The position numbers and the translations under genes are program-made. The notes under the pieces are model-generated. The model worked only from the letters and a program-made list of their open reading frames with translations, made no database searches and was not told the DNA's origin. This document shows, piece by piece, positions 20,277 through 29,927 of a stretch of DNA of 64,000 bases (the stretch's first letter is position 1; each line of letters starts with the position of its first letter). Source of the DNA: an uncultured Verrucomicrobiota bacterium (lineage in GTDB: Bacteria > Auribacterota > JABMQX01); contig CAYZXL010000010.1 of NCBI GenBank assembly GCA_964482435.1, positions 36,946-100,945 of the forward strand, given 5' to 3'.

Positions 20277-21725
20277 ATGAAGCTGAGAGGTGGGTACAAC
20301 ATTTTGCTGAAGGGAAAGCCAGGCAGGGAGATGGAGTCGCTTCCTGAACCGCGCATGCTTTACTTGCCACTCAGAAGCAAGCGGTTCAACTTCTCGGAAA
20401 ACTGCGTGAGAGACGGAGAATGGGTAATCGCCGGTCAGGTCCTTGCGAGGGACCCGGCGAACCACTTGCTGCCACTGCTGGCGCCGAGGGCGGGGACAGC
20501 TCGGCTCGGGGCTGTCGCAGAGCATCTCATCCTGGAAGACATCGGCATGGCGCCGGAGGAACCGCGCCCTTCGGACGCGGAAGCCCCGCATGTTTCAACG
20601 GAGGTGCGGTCTGCCGACGAGAAGCGAGGCCAACTCCTGGAGCTTGGGGCGTGGCAGTTCGTGTGCGATGCGCAGACCGGTGAGCTGCCCGACCCATTTG
20701 GGACGCCGCGCGCAGTTATTGTCTCAAGTGTTCGGCTTGAGCCTTTTGTCGCCAGAGGGGACGTGCAGCTCTATGAGCAACTCCCGATTTTCGTTAGGGG
20801 GCTGGAGCATCTGCAGTCTCTCCTGGAGTATCAGCCGATGTATCTCGTTATGCCGGACACTGAGTCGGCGTTTGCCAGGCACGTGCGGGAGATGCTTCGC
20901 GGGTATGCATGGATAAAGCTGGTGGAGGTCCCGCTGCGCTATCCTTACGACGATTTCACGATTCTGGCGCGGGGTCTGGGATTGATGAAGGAGTCCGCAC
21001 CCAAAAAGGACGCTCAAAGCTCGTCCCCCATGGAGCCTTCGGTCAGCGGACCGAACGGGCCGGTGTGGGCGCTGCGGACGGAAGGGGCTCTGGCGATAGA
21101 CCGTGCGCTGACGCATTCTCTGCCATGCACGAGCAGAGTTGTTTCAGTCGGCGGGCCAGCGGTTGAGTCACCAACCCACATTAAGGCAATCCCCGGCTAT
21201 CCTCTCAAGGCGATCCTTGGTTCGCGTTTGTCCACGGGACGAGTCAGGGTGGTCAACGGCGGAGCGCTCACGGGCGAGATCATCGGGGAAGAGCAGCTTG
21301 GGCTGGACGTCGAGTGCTCCGGGCTAACGGTTCTTCCGGACGAGACCGAGAGGGAATTTTTAGGATTCGCGCGCCCGGGGTGGAGTCGGCGGTCGTATAG
21401 CCGGTGCTTTCCCGGTTCGCTCCGGCGGCCATTCGCCGAGCGTCTCACGACGGGGCTGCGTGGTGAACGACGAGCATGCATCTCGTGCAATTTCTGCGAA
21501 GAAGTGTGCCCGGCTGGCATTATGCCCCACCTGATTCACAAGTACCTTTATCAGGGCGCGCTCGAGGAGGCAGAGAGGGCGCGCGTGGACCTGTGCGTCG
21601 AATGCGGGCTGTGTTCGCTTGTGTGCCCGTCGAAGATCGAGCTTGTCAAGCAATTCTCTGAGGCGAAGGAGAGGATTCGGCGAGAGCTGGAGGAGGTCGC
21701 GGCGGGCCGGGAGGCGGAGAGATGA
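20277..21725 (+). CDS. nqrA: NqrA/RnfC-family subunit with a C-terminal 2x[4Fe-4S] ferredoxin motif
   Basis: It is the first gene of the six-gene operon. The C-terminus contains CISCNFCEEVCP and CVECGLCSLVCP (two CxxCxxCxxxCP motifs). No RnfC-type GGAGFP NADH-binding motif was seen. Confidence 0.7.
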   Translation: MKLRGGYNILLKGKPGREMESLPEPRMLYLPLRSKRFNFSENCVRDGEWVIAGQVLARDPANHLLPLLAPRAGTARLGAVAEHLILEDIGMAPEEPRPSDAEAPHVSTEVRSADEKRGQLLELGAWQFVCDAQTGELPDPFGTPRAVIVSSVRLEPFVARGDVQLYEQLPIFVRGLEHLQSLLEYQPMYLVMPDTESAFARHVREMLRGYAWIKLVEVPLRYPYDDFTILARGLGLMKESAPKKDAQSSSPMEPSVSGPNGPVWALRTEGALAIDRALTHSLPCTSRVVSVGGPAVESPTHIKAIPGYPLKAILGSRLSTGRVRVVNGGALTGEIIGEEQLGLDVECSGLTVLPDETEREFLGFARPGWSRRSYSRCFPGSLRRPFAERLTTGLRGERRACISCNFCEEVCPAGIMPHLIHKYLYQGALEEAERARVDLCVECGLCSLVCPSKIELVKQFSEAKERIRRELEEVAAGREAER

Positions 21726-22810
21726 GGCGGCTGCTTCGTTTGTTTGAACGGGCGCGCCCCCAATTCGAAGAGGGCGGCAGATTTGGTGTTCTAAAGCCGC
21801 TTTTCAACGCAATCGAGAATTTCTTTTTCTCGTCGGGTGTCTCGACGGCGGATGCCCCCCACGTCCGTGATGCGCTCGACGTAAAGCGGTACATGGCCAC
21901 TGTAGTTGCCGCGCTTCTGCCATGCGCGTTTGCGGCAGTGTACTTTTTCAGCTGGCGGGTTATGGCGATGGCAGTCGTTTCTTACGTGGTCGGCGGGGCG
22001 ATCGAAGTGTTTTTTGCCATCGTGAGGAAGGAAGAGATTAACGAAGGATTTTTGGTAACGGGCCTGATTTTCCCGCTGATTTTGCCGCCGGGGCTTCCGT
22101 TGTGGATGGTGGCTGTCGGTATCGCGTTCGGCGTGATTGTGGGAAAGGAGATATTTGGCGGCACAGGACGGAATCTCTTCAACCCGGCGCTCGTTGGGCG
22201 GTGCTTTCTGGCAATCGGGTATCCGGCGGCGATGTCGTCGAACTGGATTGAGCCAGGGACGGGCCTCGTCGGGCGGTTGGGGCAGTACATCGGCGCTTCA
22301 AGCGTGGATGCCATCACGTCGGCAACGCCTTTAGCGTTAGCGAAGCAAGGGACGCTCGTTCCACTGAGCGACCTTTTCTGGGGGAACGTGCCGGGGAGCG
22401 CGGGAGAGACATCGGCCTTTGCGATTCTTCTTGGCGGGACGTTTCTCGTTCTGACGCGGGTGGCGAACTGGCGGACGGTGGTCGGGACGCTGGGGTCGTT
22501 TGCGTTGTCAGGAGAGGTGCTGCATCTTGTCGAGCCGGGTAAGTTTGGGCCGGTGGGATGGCATCTGTGCGCTGGCGGGCTGCTGTTCGGGGCGTTTTTC
22601 ATGGCGACGGACCCGGTGACCAGCCCAATCACGAACGGTGGGAAATGGGCCTGCGCCATTATCATCGGCGTGGCGACGCTCCTCATGCGAAACCTCACCG
22701 GCTACGTCGAGGGAGTGATGTTCGCGATACTCTTAGGGAACATCGCCGCGCCTGTGCTGGATGAGGTTGCTTTTCGGTTTCGGCTGCGGAGGTTAAAGGA
22801 TGAAAGGTAG
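21722..22810 (+). CDS. nqrB: Na+-NQR subunit B (NqrB/RnfD family)
   Basis: This polytopic membrane protein has a conserved S-x-D-A-x-T-S-A-T-P-L FMN-attachment-like motif (GASSVDAITSATPLALAK) and a 4-nt overlap with nqrA. Confidence 0.85.
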   Translation: MRRLLRLFERARPQFEEGGRFGVLKPLFNAIENFFFSSGVSTADAPHVRDALDVKRYMATVVAALLPCAFAAVYFFSWRVMAMAVVSYVVGGAIEVFFAIVRKEEINEGFLVTGLIFPLILPPGLPLWMVAVGIAFGVIVGKEIFGGTGRNLFNPALVGRCFLAIGYPAAMSSNWIEPGTGLVGRLGQYIGASSVDAITSATPLALAKQGTLVPLSDLFWGNVPGSAGETSAFAILLGGTFLVLTRVANWRTVVGTLGSFALSGEVLHLVEPGKFGPVGWHLCAGGLLFGAFFMATDPVTSPITNGGKWACAIIIGVATLLMRNLTGYVEGVMFAILLGNIAAPVLDEVAFRFRLRRLKDER

Positions 22811-23429
22811 CGCCTACACGGTTGTTTATTCTGCGATTCTGGGGGCGGTTTGCGCACTTCTGCTCACCGGAGCGAGCAGGCTCACGGCGCCGTACCAGGA
22901 AGCAAACGCCGAGGCCGAAGAGAAACGCAACATCCTCCGTGTCCTGGGAATTCCCTTTGAGGAGAAAGCGTCATCGCGAGACCTTCTGAGGGTCTTTGAA
23001 AAGAACGTTCGCATCGAGAAGCGCGGAAACGCGAATTTCTATCTGTACATTGACCCGGACGCCGAGCGACGGGTTCAGGCTCTGGCGGTGCCCTTTGATG
23101 GGCCGGGGGTTTGGGGGCCTATCAAAGGTTTTCTCTCCCTGAAGCCTGACTATGAGACGATTCGCGGAATCACTTTCTACAAGCACGAGGAAACGCCCGG
23201 ACTGGGCGGCGAAATCGAGTCAGAGTGGTTCAGGAATCAGTTCAAAGGGAAGTCCATAAAGGACGCACAGGGCAGACCAGGGATTCGGATTCTGCGGGGA
23301 GGCGGGGCAAAGGCGCTAAATGAGGTTGATGGAATTACCGGCGCCACCATGACTTCTCAGAAAGTCGAGGCGATTCTGAACTCGACCATCAAGAGGATTG
23401 TTCAAGAGCGCGGAACGAATGGCAAATAA
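22800..23429 (+). CDS. nqrC: Na+-NQR subunit C (FMN-binding, NqrC/RnfG family)
   Basis: The protein has a single N-terminal TM helix and the covalent-FMN threonine motif GITGATMTSQ. Confidence 0.85.
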   Translation: MKGSAYTVVYSAILGAVCALLLTGASRLTAPYQEANAEAEEKRNILRVLGIPFEEKASSRDLLRVFEKNVRIEKRGNANFYLYIDPDAERRVQALAVPFDGPGVWGPIKGFLSLKPDYETIRGITFYKHEETPGLGGEIESEWFRNQFKGKSIKDAQGRPGIRILRGGGAKALNEVDGITGATMTSQKVEAILNSTIKRIVQERGTNGK

Positions 23430-24084
23430 AGCACCAATCGAGTGTCAATCCTGCCTTGCCGGGACGCCGGGAGGAGGAAAGGGCGTGCGAACGCTCAAGG
23501 ATGGGCTATGGGCGAATAACCCCATCTCGGTACAGGTCCTCGGCATTTGCTCGACGCTGGCGGTAACAAGCCGATTGGAGAATTCGCTTGTGATGGGGGC
23601 AGCGCTCATTTTCGTCACCGCCGGGTCAAATCTTTTTGTTTCATTGCTTCGAAACGCCACCCCGCGTCGCATCCGGATGATCGCGGAAGTATGCATCATT
23701 GCGACGTTCGTCATTGTCTTCGACCAGTTCCTGAGAGCCTTTTACTGGGACATGTCGAAACAGCTCGGGCCATACGTCGGGCTGATCATCACGAACTGTA
23801 TTGTGATGGGGCGAGCGGAGGCCTTCGCTCTCCAGAACAGGCCCCTTCTTTCCGTGATAGACGGGGCAGCCAACGGGCTTGGGTACGCGATTGTGCTGGC
23901 AATCATCGGATTTTTCCGAGAGCTTTTGGGGAAGGGAGAGCTTTTCGGTCAGCCGGTTCTTTTATCGGAATGGTACACACCCAACCAGTTGGTCATCCTT
24001 GCGCCGGGGGCATTCTTTGCGCTCGGTTTCCTCATAGCGCTGTTCAATGCGGCCAAATCCGTCCGAAAGGAGCCAAAACCATGA
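23398..24084 (+). CDS. nqrD: Na+-NQR subunit D (NqrD/RnfE family)
   Basis: This polytopic membrane protein has the conserved Cys of the NqrD/E family (GICSTLAV). The start may be the internal MANKAPIE. Confidence 0.8.
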   Translation: MFKSAERMANKAPIECQSCLAGTPGGGKGVRTLKDGLWANNPISVQVLGICSTLAVTSRLENSLVMGAALIFVTAGSNLFVSLLRNATPRRIRMIAEVCIIATFVIVFDQFLRAFYWDMSKQLGPYVGLIITNCIVMGRAEAFALQNRPLLSVIDGAANGLGYAIVLAIIGFFRELLGKGELFGQPVLLSEWYTPNQLVILAPGAFFALGFLIALFNAAKSVRKEPKP

Positions 24085-24671
24085 ACGAGCCGTCGGCTTT
24101 GCTGATAGTCATCGCGGCCATTTTCACGAACAACATCTTGCTGTCGAATTTCTTGGGAATGTGCTCGTTTCTGGTGTGCTCGCGGCAGATGGACAGCGCA
24201 ATCGGACTCGGAATGGCGGTTGTCTTCGTCATGACCTGCACGACGCCGCTGAACTACGCCATCTATTACGATCTGCTGGTCCCTCTGGGGATTCAGCACA
24301 TGGCGCTGATTGTGTTCATTGCAGTGATTGCCGCGTTCGTGCAATTCGTGGAAATGTTCGTCGAGCGGTTCACCCCGAAACTCTATTACTCCCTTGGGAT
24401 TTTCCTTCCGCTGATAACGGTGAACTGCGCGATTCTCGGAGCATGCCTGTTCATGCTGGTCCGGAATTACAACTTCGCTCAGGCAACAGGCTATGGGTTT
24501 GGGGCGGGTGTGGGCTGGGCGCTGGCAATTGTACTTATGGCCGGGCTGAGACAGAAGATGGGGTACAGCAACGTTCCGCGGCCGTTGCAGGGCGTGGCGA
24601 TTGTGATGATTATCACGGGCGTGATGGCGATGGCGTTTTTAGGATTTGCCGGAATGGTGGCCATTCAATAG
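24081..24671 (+). CDS. nqrE: Na+-NQR subunit E (NqrE/RnfA family)
   Basis: An ATG at 24081 begins MNEPSALLIVIAAIFTNNILLSNFLGMCSF, a typical NqrE/RnfA N-terminus. The ORF-track 374-aa frame upstream of this ATG overlaps nqrD and is not coding. Confidence 0.8.
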   Translation: MNEPSALLIVIAAIFTNNILLSNFLGMCSFLVCSRQMDSAIGLGMAVVFVMTCTTPLNYAIYYDLLVPLGIQHMALIVFIAVIAAFVQFVEMFVERFTPKLYYSLGIFLPLITVNCAILGACLFMLVRNYNFAQATGYGFGAGVGWALAIVLMAGLRQKMGYSNVPRPLQGVAIVMIITGVMAMAFLGFAGMVAIQ

Positions 24672-24678
24672 GCGGCGT

Positions 24679-25767
24679 ATGGTCTTTTTGTCTCCGATAC
24701 TTGCGTTCGTGGGCATTCTGGTTGGGCTGGCTGTCGTGCTGGTCGTGGCGGAGCGCGTCCTGGTCAGATATGGTGTCTGCAAGATAGACATCAACGGAGG
24801 GCAGCGCGAGCTTGAGGTGCAGGGCGGCCAGACGGTCCTTTCAGCGCTGAATGCCGAGCAAATATTCATCCCATCAGCGTGCGGGGGAAGGGGTTCGTGC
24901 GGATACTGCAAGGTTACGGTCCTCGCGGGTGGCGGGACAGTTCTTCCGACGGAGACGCCACTCCTGACAAGGCAGGAAATCCGACGAGGTGTGAGGCTCG
25001 CCTGCCAGGTGAAATTGCGAGAAGACATCCGAATAGAGATTCCTGAAGAACTCCTGGAGGTGAGGCTTTTCACGGCGAAGGTGGAAGGCACGCGATACCT
25101 CACGCACGACATCAAGGAAATCAAGGTCGCCCTCATTGACCCGCCGGACATACCGCACCGCCCCGGGCAGTACGTTCAGGTTCAGGTTCCTTCCGTGGGC
25201 GAGCCAGTCTTCCGGGCGTACTCGATCAGCTCGCCGGCCTATGAGCCGAACGTTGTTGAGCTGGTGGTGCGGCTGGTGCCCGGTGGTCTCGGCTCAACGT
25301 ACCTGCATAACGTGCGAGTCGGCGACACGATAACGTTCACGGGGCCGTTTGGGGAATTCCGGCTGAGTGAGGATCCCGAGAAGGAGGTCGTCTGCGTCGG
25401 AGGCGGATGCGGACTGGCGCCGATGAAGAACATTGTCTATTCTTTGTACAGACGCTGGCCGGACCGGCCGTGCTGGCTGTTTTTCGGGTGCCGGACAACG
25501 GAGGACGTCTTCTACCTCGAGGAGTTTGAAGAGATGGCCCACCGACACCCGAGCTTTCGGGTTGTTTACGCCCTTTCCGAACCGAGGCCGGGAGAGGAAT
25601 GGCGCGGGGAGAGAGGATTTATCCATCTTTCCGTTGACAAGTATTTGAAGCCGGGGGTGAATCGTCAGGCGTTCTTATGCGGGCCTGCCCCGATGATTGA
25701 GGCGGTCACGGAGGTTCTGAAGGAGAAGGGCTTGCAGCCGCGAGACATCTATTACGATAAATTTTGA
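24679..25767 (+). CDS. nqrF: Na+-NQR subunit F (2Fe-2S ferredoxin plus FAD/NADH-binding domain)
   Basis: The protein has an N-terminal TM helix, a plant-type [2Fe-2S] motif CGGRGSCGYCKV and an FNR-like domain (RAYSISS, GGGCGLAPM). The start is taken at MVFLSPILAF. Confidence 0.85.
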   Translation: MVFLSPILAFVGILVGLAVVLVVAERVLVRYGVCKIDINGGQRELEVQGGQTVLSALNAEQIFIPSACGGRGSCGYCKVTVLAGGGTVLPTETPLLTRQEIRRGVRLACQVKLREDIRIEIPEELLEVRLFTAKVEGTRYLTHDIKEIKVALIDPPDIPHRPGQYVQVQVPSVGEPVFRAYSISSPAYEPNVVELVVRLVPGGLGSTYLHNVRVGDTITFTGPFGEFRLSEDPEKEVVCVGGGCGLAPMKNIVYSLYRRWPDRPCWLFFGCRTTEDVFYLEEFEEMAHRHPSFRVVYALSEPRPGEEWRGERGFIHLSVDKYLKPGVNRQAFLCGPAPMIEAVTEVLKEKGLQPRDIYYDKF

Positions 25768-25780
25768 GGAGGGCAGGAGA

Positions 25781-26233
25781 ATGGCGGTTGTTACAGTTGA
25801 GGACGTGCTCAGGCATGCAAGAGACTTCGAGCAAGCCATCGCGGACTTTTACTCGAGACTATCGCAGCAGACGAGTCTTGACGGTGTCCGATTGCTGGCG
25901 GATTACATGAGCCGACACCGGGCAAGGGTCGCGTGGGCCCTCGGCTGCCTTCCTTCGGAACACGTTCAGCGAATGTGTTCCGCGCCGCTGCGCTATGAGC
26001 CGCAGGGGGCGGACTGTCGGTGCTTCGAGCGGATAGAACTGCCTCCGGCCACGACGGCGGCAAGCGTCCTGGAAACCGCGGTGACGTTCAGCGAATGCCT
26101 GGTCAGGCTTTATCGGCAGGTTGTTCAGCAGCCACTGGACGAGGAGGTCAGGGAGTTCTTTGAGAGCTTCATCCGCCTCGAACATCGAGAAGAGATAGAG
26201 CTGAAGAAGATTCAGGCGATGGATTACTTTTAA
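25781..26233 (+). CDS. hypothetical protein immediately downstream of nqrF (possible NQR accessory factor)
   Basis: The 150-aa ORF starts 14 bp after the nqrF stop on the same strand. It contains five Cys, is predicted mainly helical and has no recognised motif. Confidence 0.45.
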   Translation: MAVVTVEDVLRHARDFEQAIADFYSRLSQQTSLDGVRLLADYMSRHRARVAWALGCLPSEHVQRMCSAPLRYEPQGADCRCFERIELPPATTAASVLETAVTFSECLVRLYRQVVQQPLDEEVREFFESFIRLEHREEIELKKIQAMDYF

Positions 26234-26487
26234 GACCTCGAGGTTTCCGGCGGGACGCTCGCGCGACTCCATCAGGCCCGGCGAGCACGGGAGTCGTCTG
26301 GCAGCGCGTGCCCACTTCCAGACCCCGCCAACACACCATAGCGATACCCCCCTGCACAGTGCCCTTGACAGCCGCTTTCATAGACGGAGTGCGGGAACTC
26401 TTCTCCTGCTTTGGAGGCTCACGCTTTGCCCGCCCCGCTGCGCGCCGACGGTGCAGGGTGAGGGCACTGCCCCCGACCTCGCACACG

Positions 26488-27753
26488 CTACTTCGCTTCG
26501 CGCTTCGTGATTTGCTTCATCTCCTCTTCGGTGAAGCGGCTGTTGGCGATTGGGCCAGGCTCCCAACACTGCTCGAGCTTACCAGGTTTCGGGGCCTCAA
26601 CAGAAATGACAAAGACTTCCTCGCCGCTCGCGTCCTTTTCAATTTTGCCGCCCGCTCGGTCAACTGCCTGGCGAACAAGCTTTTCGCAAACTTCAACCAG
26701 TCGCGGGAAGTTGTACGCCGTGTGGCTGAATACACCCTCGGGGTTCAACGCTGACTTGAATCGGTCGGGGAGCTTTGAGAAACCGATCGTCGTGAAAAGC
26801 ACTCCGCCGGCACTCGACGGGTTGCAGTCGGAATCCTGCCCGCACCGAGTGGAGATGATGATTGTCTGGTCGGGGTCGCGCTTCCCATAAAGCAACCCCA
26901 TGACGATGTACGCGCCGTTGAGTTTGGCGTCTATATTGAAATCGCCTTTCGGGCCGCTGCACGAGAATTTCCGGTAGTTGGGATTGAGGTGGTACTTCTT
27001 GTTGAGAAGGTCCCACGTCTTTTCCCAGTCGTCAGGATTTTCCTTATACCAGCGGAGGAGGTCGCGAATCGTCTCGGCGTACTGGCTTTTCTCAGGAATG
27101 CACTTGAGCGCCGCCTCGACGAGCTTCACCGGGTCGCTCTCGAAAAACGCCTCGGCATACATCCCTCCGACGAACTGCCCGCCATAAACTCCGTCGCCGT
27201 AATTCATGAGCCTTCCGAATTTCTCAGCGAGAGCGATTACCGTGTTCGGCAAGCCGGGCGCGATCAAGCCCGAGTAATCCGACTCAATCTGGTAGTCAAT
27301 GTCATCGGCGTGCTTGTTGAACTGAGGGTGACCGGAATCCGGTGGCGCGATGCCCTTTCGGAGATTGTCGCGGCCAGCCCTGTTCGCATGCCAGAGAGGA
27401 TAGCCGCTGTTCGCGAAATCAATCCCAGCCTGTCGAATAGGCACATCGAAACCGTACTGCTCGAGGGTGCGGACGAAGGTCATCTCGACGTAGATGTCGT
27501 CCTGCTGGAACTGGTTGACCATACCCGGCTCCCATTTCGGCATCTGCTCCTGTGGGAGGATTTTGTTTTGCGCTTTGAATTCCGTCGGGCCGCCCCATCC
27601 CACGCCAGCCATCTGCCCGAGCCAGCCAGCCTTCATTTTCTCCTGGTACTCGCGAACCGGAAGGCGACGGGATTTTTGCTCGCCCGCCGCATAACTCAGG
27701 CATACTCCCACGACAAGTCCGACCACTACGATGCTCGCGATGAACGTCCGCAT
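26488..27753 (-). CDS. secreted ADP-ribosylglycohydrolase-like family protein (divergent)
   Basis: The start at 27753 has a strong AGGAGG RBS, and a signal/TM peptide MRTFIASIVVVGLVVG follows. The N-terminal motif GVGWGGPTEF and C-terminal motif CGQDSDCNPSSAGGV resemble ARH signatures (GDALGxPxEF and GGDTDT), but the first Asp is replaced. Confidence 0.45.
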   Translation of the reverse strand: MRTFIASIVVVGLVVGVCLSYAAGEQKSRRLPVREYQEKMKAGWLGQMAGVGWGGPTEFKAQNKILPQEQMPKWEPGMVNQFQQDDIYVEMTFVRTLEQYGFDVPIRQAGIDFANSGYPLWHANRAGRDNLRKGIAPPDSGHPQFNKHADDIDYQIESDYSGLIAPGLPNTVIALAEKFGRLMNYGDGVYGGQFVGGMYAEAFFESDPVKLVEAALKCIPEKSQYAETIRDLLRWYKENPDDWEKTWDLLNKKYHLNPNYRKFSCSGPKGDFNIDAKLNGAYIVMGLLYGKRDPDQTIIISTRCGQDSDCNPSSAGGVLFTTIGFSKLPDRFKSALNPEGVFSHTAYNFPRLVEVCEKLVRQAVDRAGGKIEKDASGEEVFVISVEAPKPGKLEQCWEPGPIANSRFTEEEMKQITKREAK

Positions 27754-28026
27754 GGCAATTTCCTCCTGTGAGATATTAGGGTTTCCTTGAAGCCGCATCG
27801 CAACGGAAGACATCCTTGTCCAGTCGCTCGCGTAACGTTGCACGAGCCAAACTGCCGTAGCAGTATCTTAATACCCAGGTGCTGCGTCAAGGGCAAAACG
27901 AGCCTTGTTCCCGACGGGAAATGGCGAGACTCACGACGCCTTCGCCACTTCCACGACCGGCACGATGGCGGGAGAAGCGGTCTTTCCGATTGAGCGGCAT
28001 TGCGCAGTCATCCCGAGCGGGCGAGA

Positions 28027-29076
28027 TTACCCATCCGACTTTTCAGGGCCCACGGCCACAGCCGGGCTGTGTCCTCCGATGACCTCTTGCAAGAAGCCCA
28101 GTCCGTAAGCCACGTGAATGATGAGGAAGAGGACCGGCAGAATCGGAAAAAGCTTCCAGCCATGTTGGGCTGCAATCCTCCCGGAAGTGAAAAGCGAGAC
28201 TGCCCCGTAAAGCCCGAGAATTAACACGTATGGTATCCAGAGCCAGCCGACAAAGAGAGAAGCAATCAGACCAAGACTCGCGAAAAGGACAAACGCGGAC
28301 GGAACAAGGTGCTTGATGCTGAGACAATCGGGATGCTTCTTCACGGCCATGGCTCTGCCCCGTCCATATATGAAATACTGCTTGAAAAGCGCACGGATGG
28401 AATGCCGCGGATAGTAGGAGAACTTGATTTCAGGATTCATGTAGATTTTTCTGCCCGCCTTCACGATTCGCCAGTTCAGCTCATCGTCGTCGGCGAAAAT
28501 CATGTCTTCGTCGGCGAGACCGACCTCGTCGAAAATTCCTCGTCGGTAGGCGCCGAATTGCACCGTGTCGGTGAACTGTGGTTGCGTGGCGTAGCGATAG
28601 CGTGCAGTGCTGACGCCGAAACGTGACGAGAGGGCAAGCCCGATAGCTTTGCCGAGCAGCGTCTCGTGGCCCATTTGCACGACTCCCCCGACCACCGCCG
28701 CCTCCTTGACTTTCCGGAGGTTCTCGACGGAGGTTCTTATGAAGTCTCTGTCGAGCACGCCCCGGGTTCCGACGAAGATGATGACATCGCCCTTAGAGTC
28801 GCGAATCCCGACGTTGAGGGCGCAGCAGACGTAACGCTTCGGGTTGGAAAGGAGCCTGATGCGGGGGTTGTCCTTGACGAAGTTGCGAACAATTCCCGCC
28901 GAAGAGTCGCTTGACAGACCGTCCACAACGATGATTTCGACTCTGTCCGCAGGGTAATCCTGGGCGAGTATGGAATCAAGACAGCGCCCCACGTATGAGG
29001 CCGCATTGTACATCGGCACGATGACTGAAACGAATTCGTCGCTCATGCTAAACCTGCCCGGCTTAAGACCGCTCAC
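28027..29076 (-). CDS. family 2 glycosyltransferase with C-terminal TM helices
   Basis: The N-terminal GT-A fold motif VSVIVPMYNAASYVGRCLDSILAQ is followed by a DxD-like ADDDE motif and two C-terminal hydrophobic helices. Confidence 0.75.
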   Translation of the reverse strand: MSGLKPGRFSMSDEFVSVIVPMYNAASYVGRCLDSILAQDYPADRVEIIVVDGLSSDSSAGIVRNFVKDNPRIRLLSNPKRYVCCALNVGIRDSKGDVIIFVGTRGVLDRDFIRTSVENLRKVKEAAVVGGVVQMGHETLLGKAIGLALSSRFGVSTARYRYATQPQFTDTVQFGAYRRGIFDEVGLADEDMIFADDDELNWRIVKAGRKIYMNPEIKFSYYPRHSIRALFKQYFIYGRGRAMAVKKHPDCLSIKHLVPSAFVLFASLGLIASLFVGWLWIPYVLILGLYGAVSLFTSGRIAAQHGWKLFPILPVLFLIIHVAYGLGFLQEVIGGHSPAVAVGPEKSDG

Positions 29077-29927
29077 GATGACTTGTTTTCAGGAAGTAAC
29101 CCGCTCGAACGCGCCGGGCGAATGGAGCCCAGAAGGTGGCTTCGGAGAAACGGAATCTTCTCCAGAAAAAGGCCAAAAACCCAGCTCAGCGGCACGATTT
29201 GTCTCGCAAGCGGCGGAATAAGCGTGACGGGCCTCAACCTGACCGAACAGCCCGGAAAAAGCTGTTTGACTTCTTTCGTTTTCACGGGGCGAATCCCCGG
29301 GTTGCGTGGGTTATCCATGCGAAGGTCGTACCACAGGATCAACCCGCCCGGCTTGAGCACACGCAGCATCTCTGCGGCGACGGCTCGCCTCAGCTCACGC
29401 TTCAGCATCGTACTGAACGCCGTCATCTGTAAGACGATGTCGAAAGACCCGTCTTGCCACGGGAGTTTCGCTGCGTTTCCCACGCGGATGTCAGCCGCCG
29501 GCAGCCTCCTTGACGCGCGAGAAATCTCCACCTCGTCGAGGTCTATGCCGCTGAGTAAATGAGGCGAAGCGCCGCAAATCACGAGATAAAGAAGCCAATC
29601 GCCTGCGCCGCAGCCCACCTCCAGAATTCTCCGGTCGGCCAGGGGAATGGCGCCTTCCCTTCGCAGGACGGCGATGAGCGACCGCATCCGTTGAGTATAG
29701 ATGAAAAGGTTGGGCAGTCGCAGAAGCGAATAGAAGTCGCTTGCGATTTCTCTTCTTCGCCTCTCGTTGTGAGCAAGGATTTCCTGGATAGGGTGTGGCA
29801 AATCAGGCTGTTTCACGGGGTCGCCCATGCCCAATACTTGTTGCTCAGTCCCCGACTTCGCACGTCCGGTCAGGTATGCGAGACCGAGTGCCTCATTTTC
29901 AGACGATGAACGGGACGGACAGGACAT
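29073..29927 (-). CDS. class I SAM-dependent methyltransferase
   Basis: The protein has SAM-binding motif I ILEVGCGAGDW and motif II LKPGGLILWYD. The true start is possibly an internal Met. Confidence 0.7.
   Translation of the reverse strand: MSCPSRSSSENEALGLAYLTGRAKSGTEQQVLGMGDPVKQPDLPHPIQEILAHNERRRREIASDFYSLLRLPNLFIYTQRMRSLIAVLRREGAIPLADRRILEVGCGAGDWLLYLVICGASPHLLSGIDLDEVEISRASRRLPAADIRVGNAAKLPWQDGSFDIVLQMTAFSTMLKRELRRAVAAEMLRVLKPGGLILWYDLRMDNPRNPGIRPVKTKEVKQLFPGCSVRLRPVTLIPPLARQIVPLSWVFGLFLEKIPFLRSHLLGSIRPARSSGLLPENKSS

Noticed and set aside
23547-24080. N-terminal 178 codons of the 374-aa ORF (23547-24671) overlapping nqrD
   Set aside because: The region is out of frame with nqrD and Arg/Ala/Gly-rich junk typical of GC-rich shadow ORFs. 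The real gene is nqrE, starting at the ATG at 24081.
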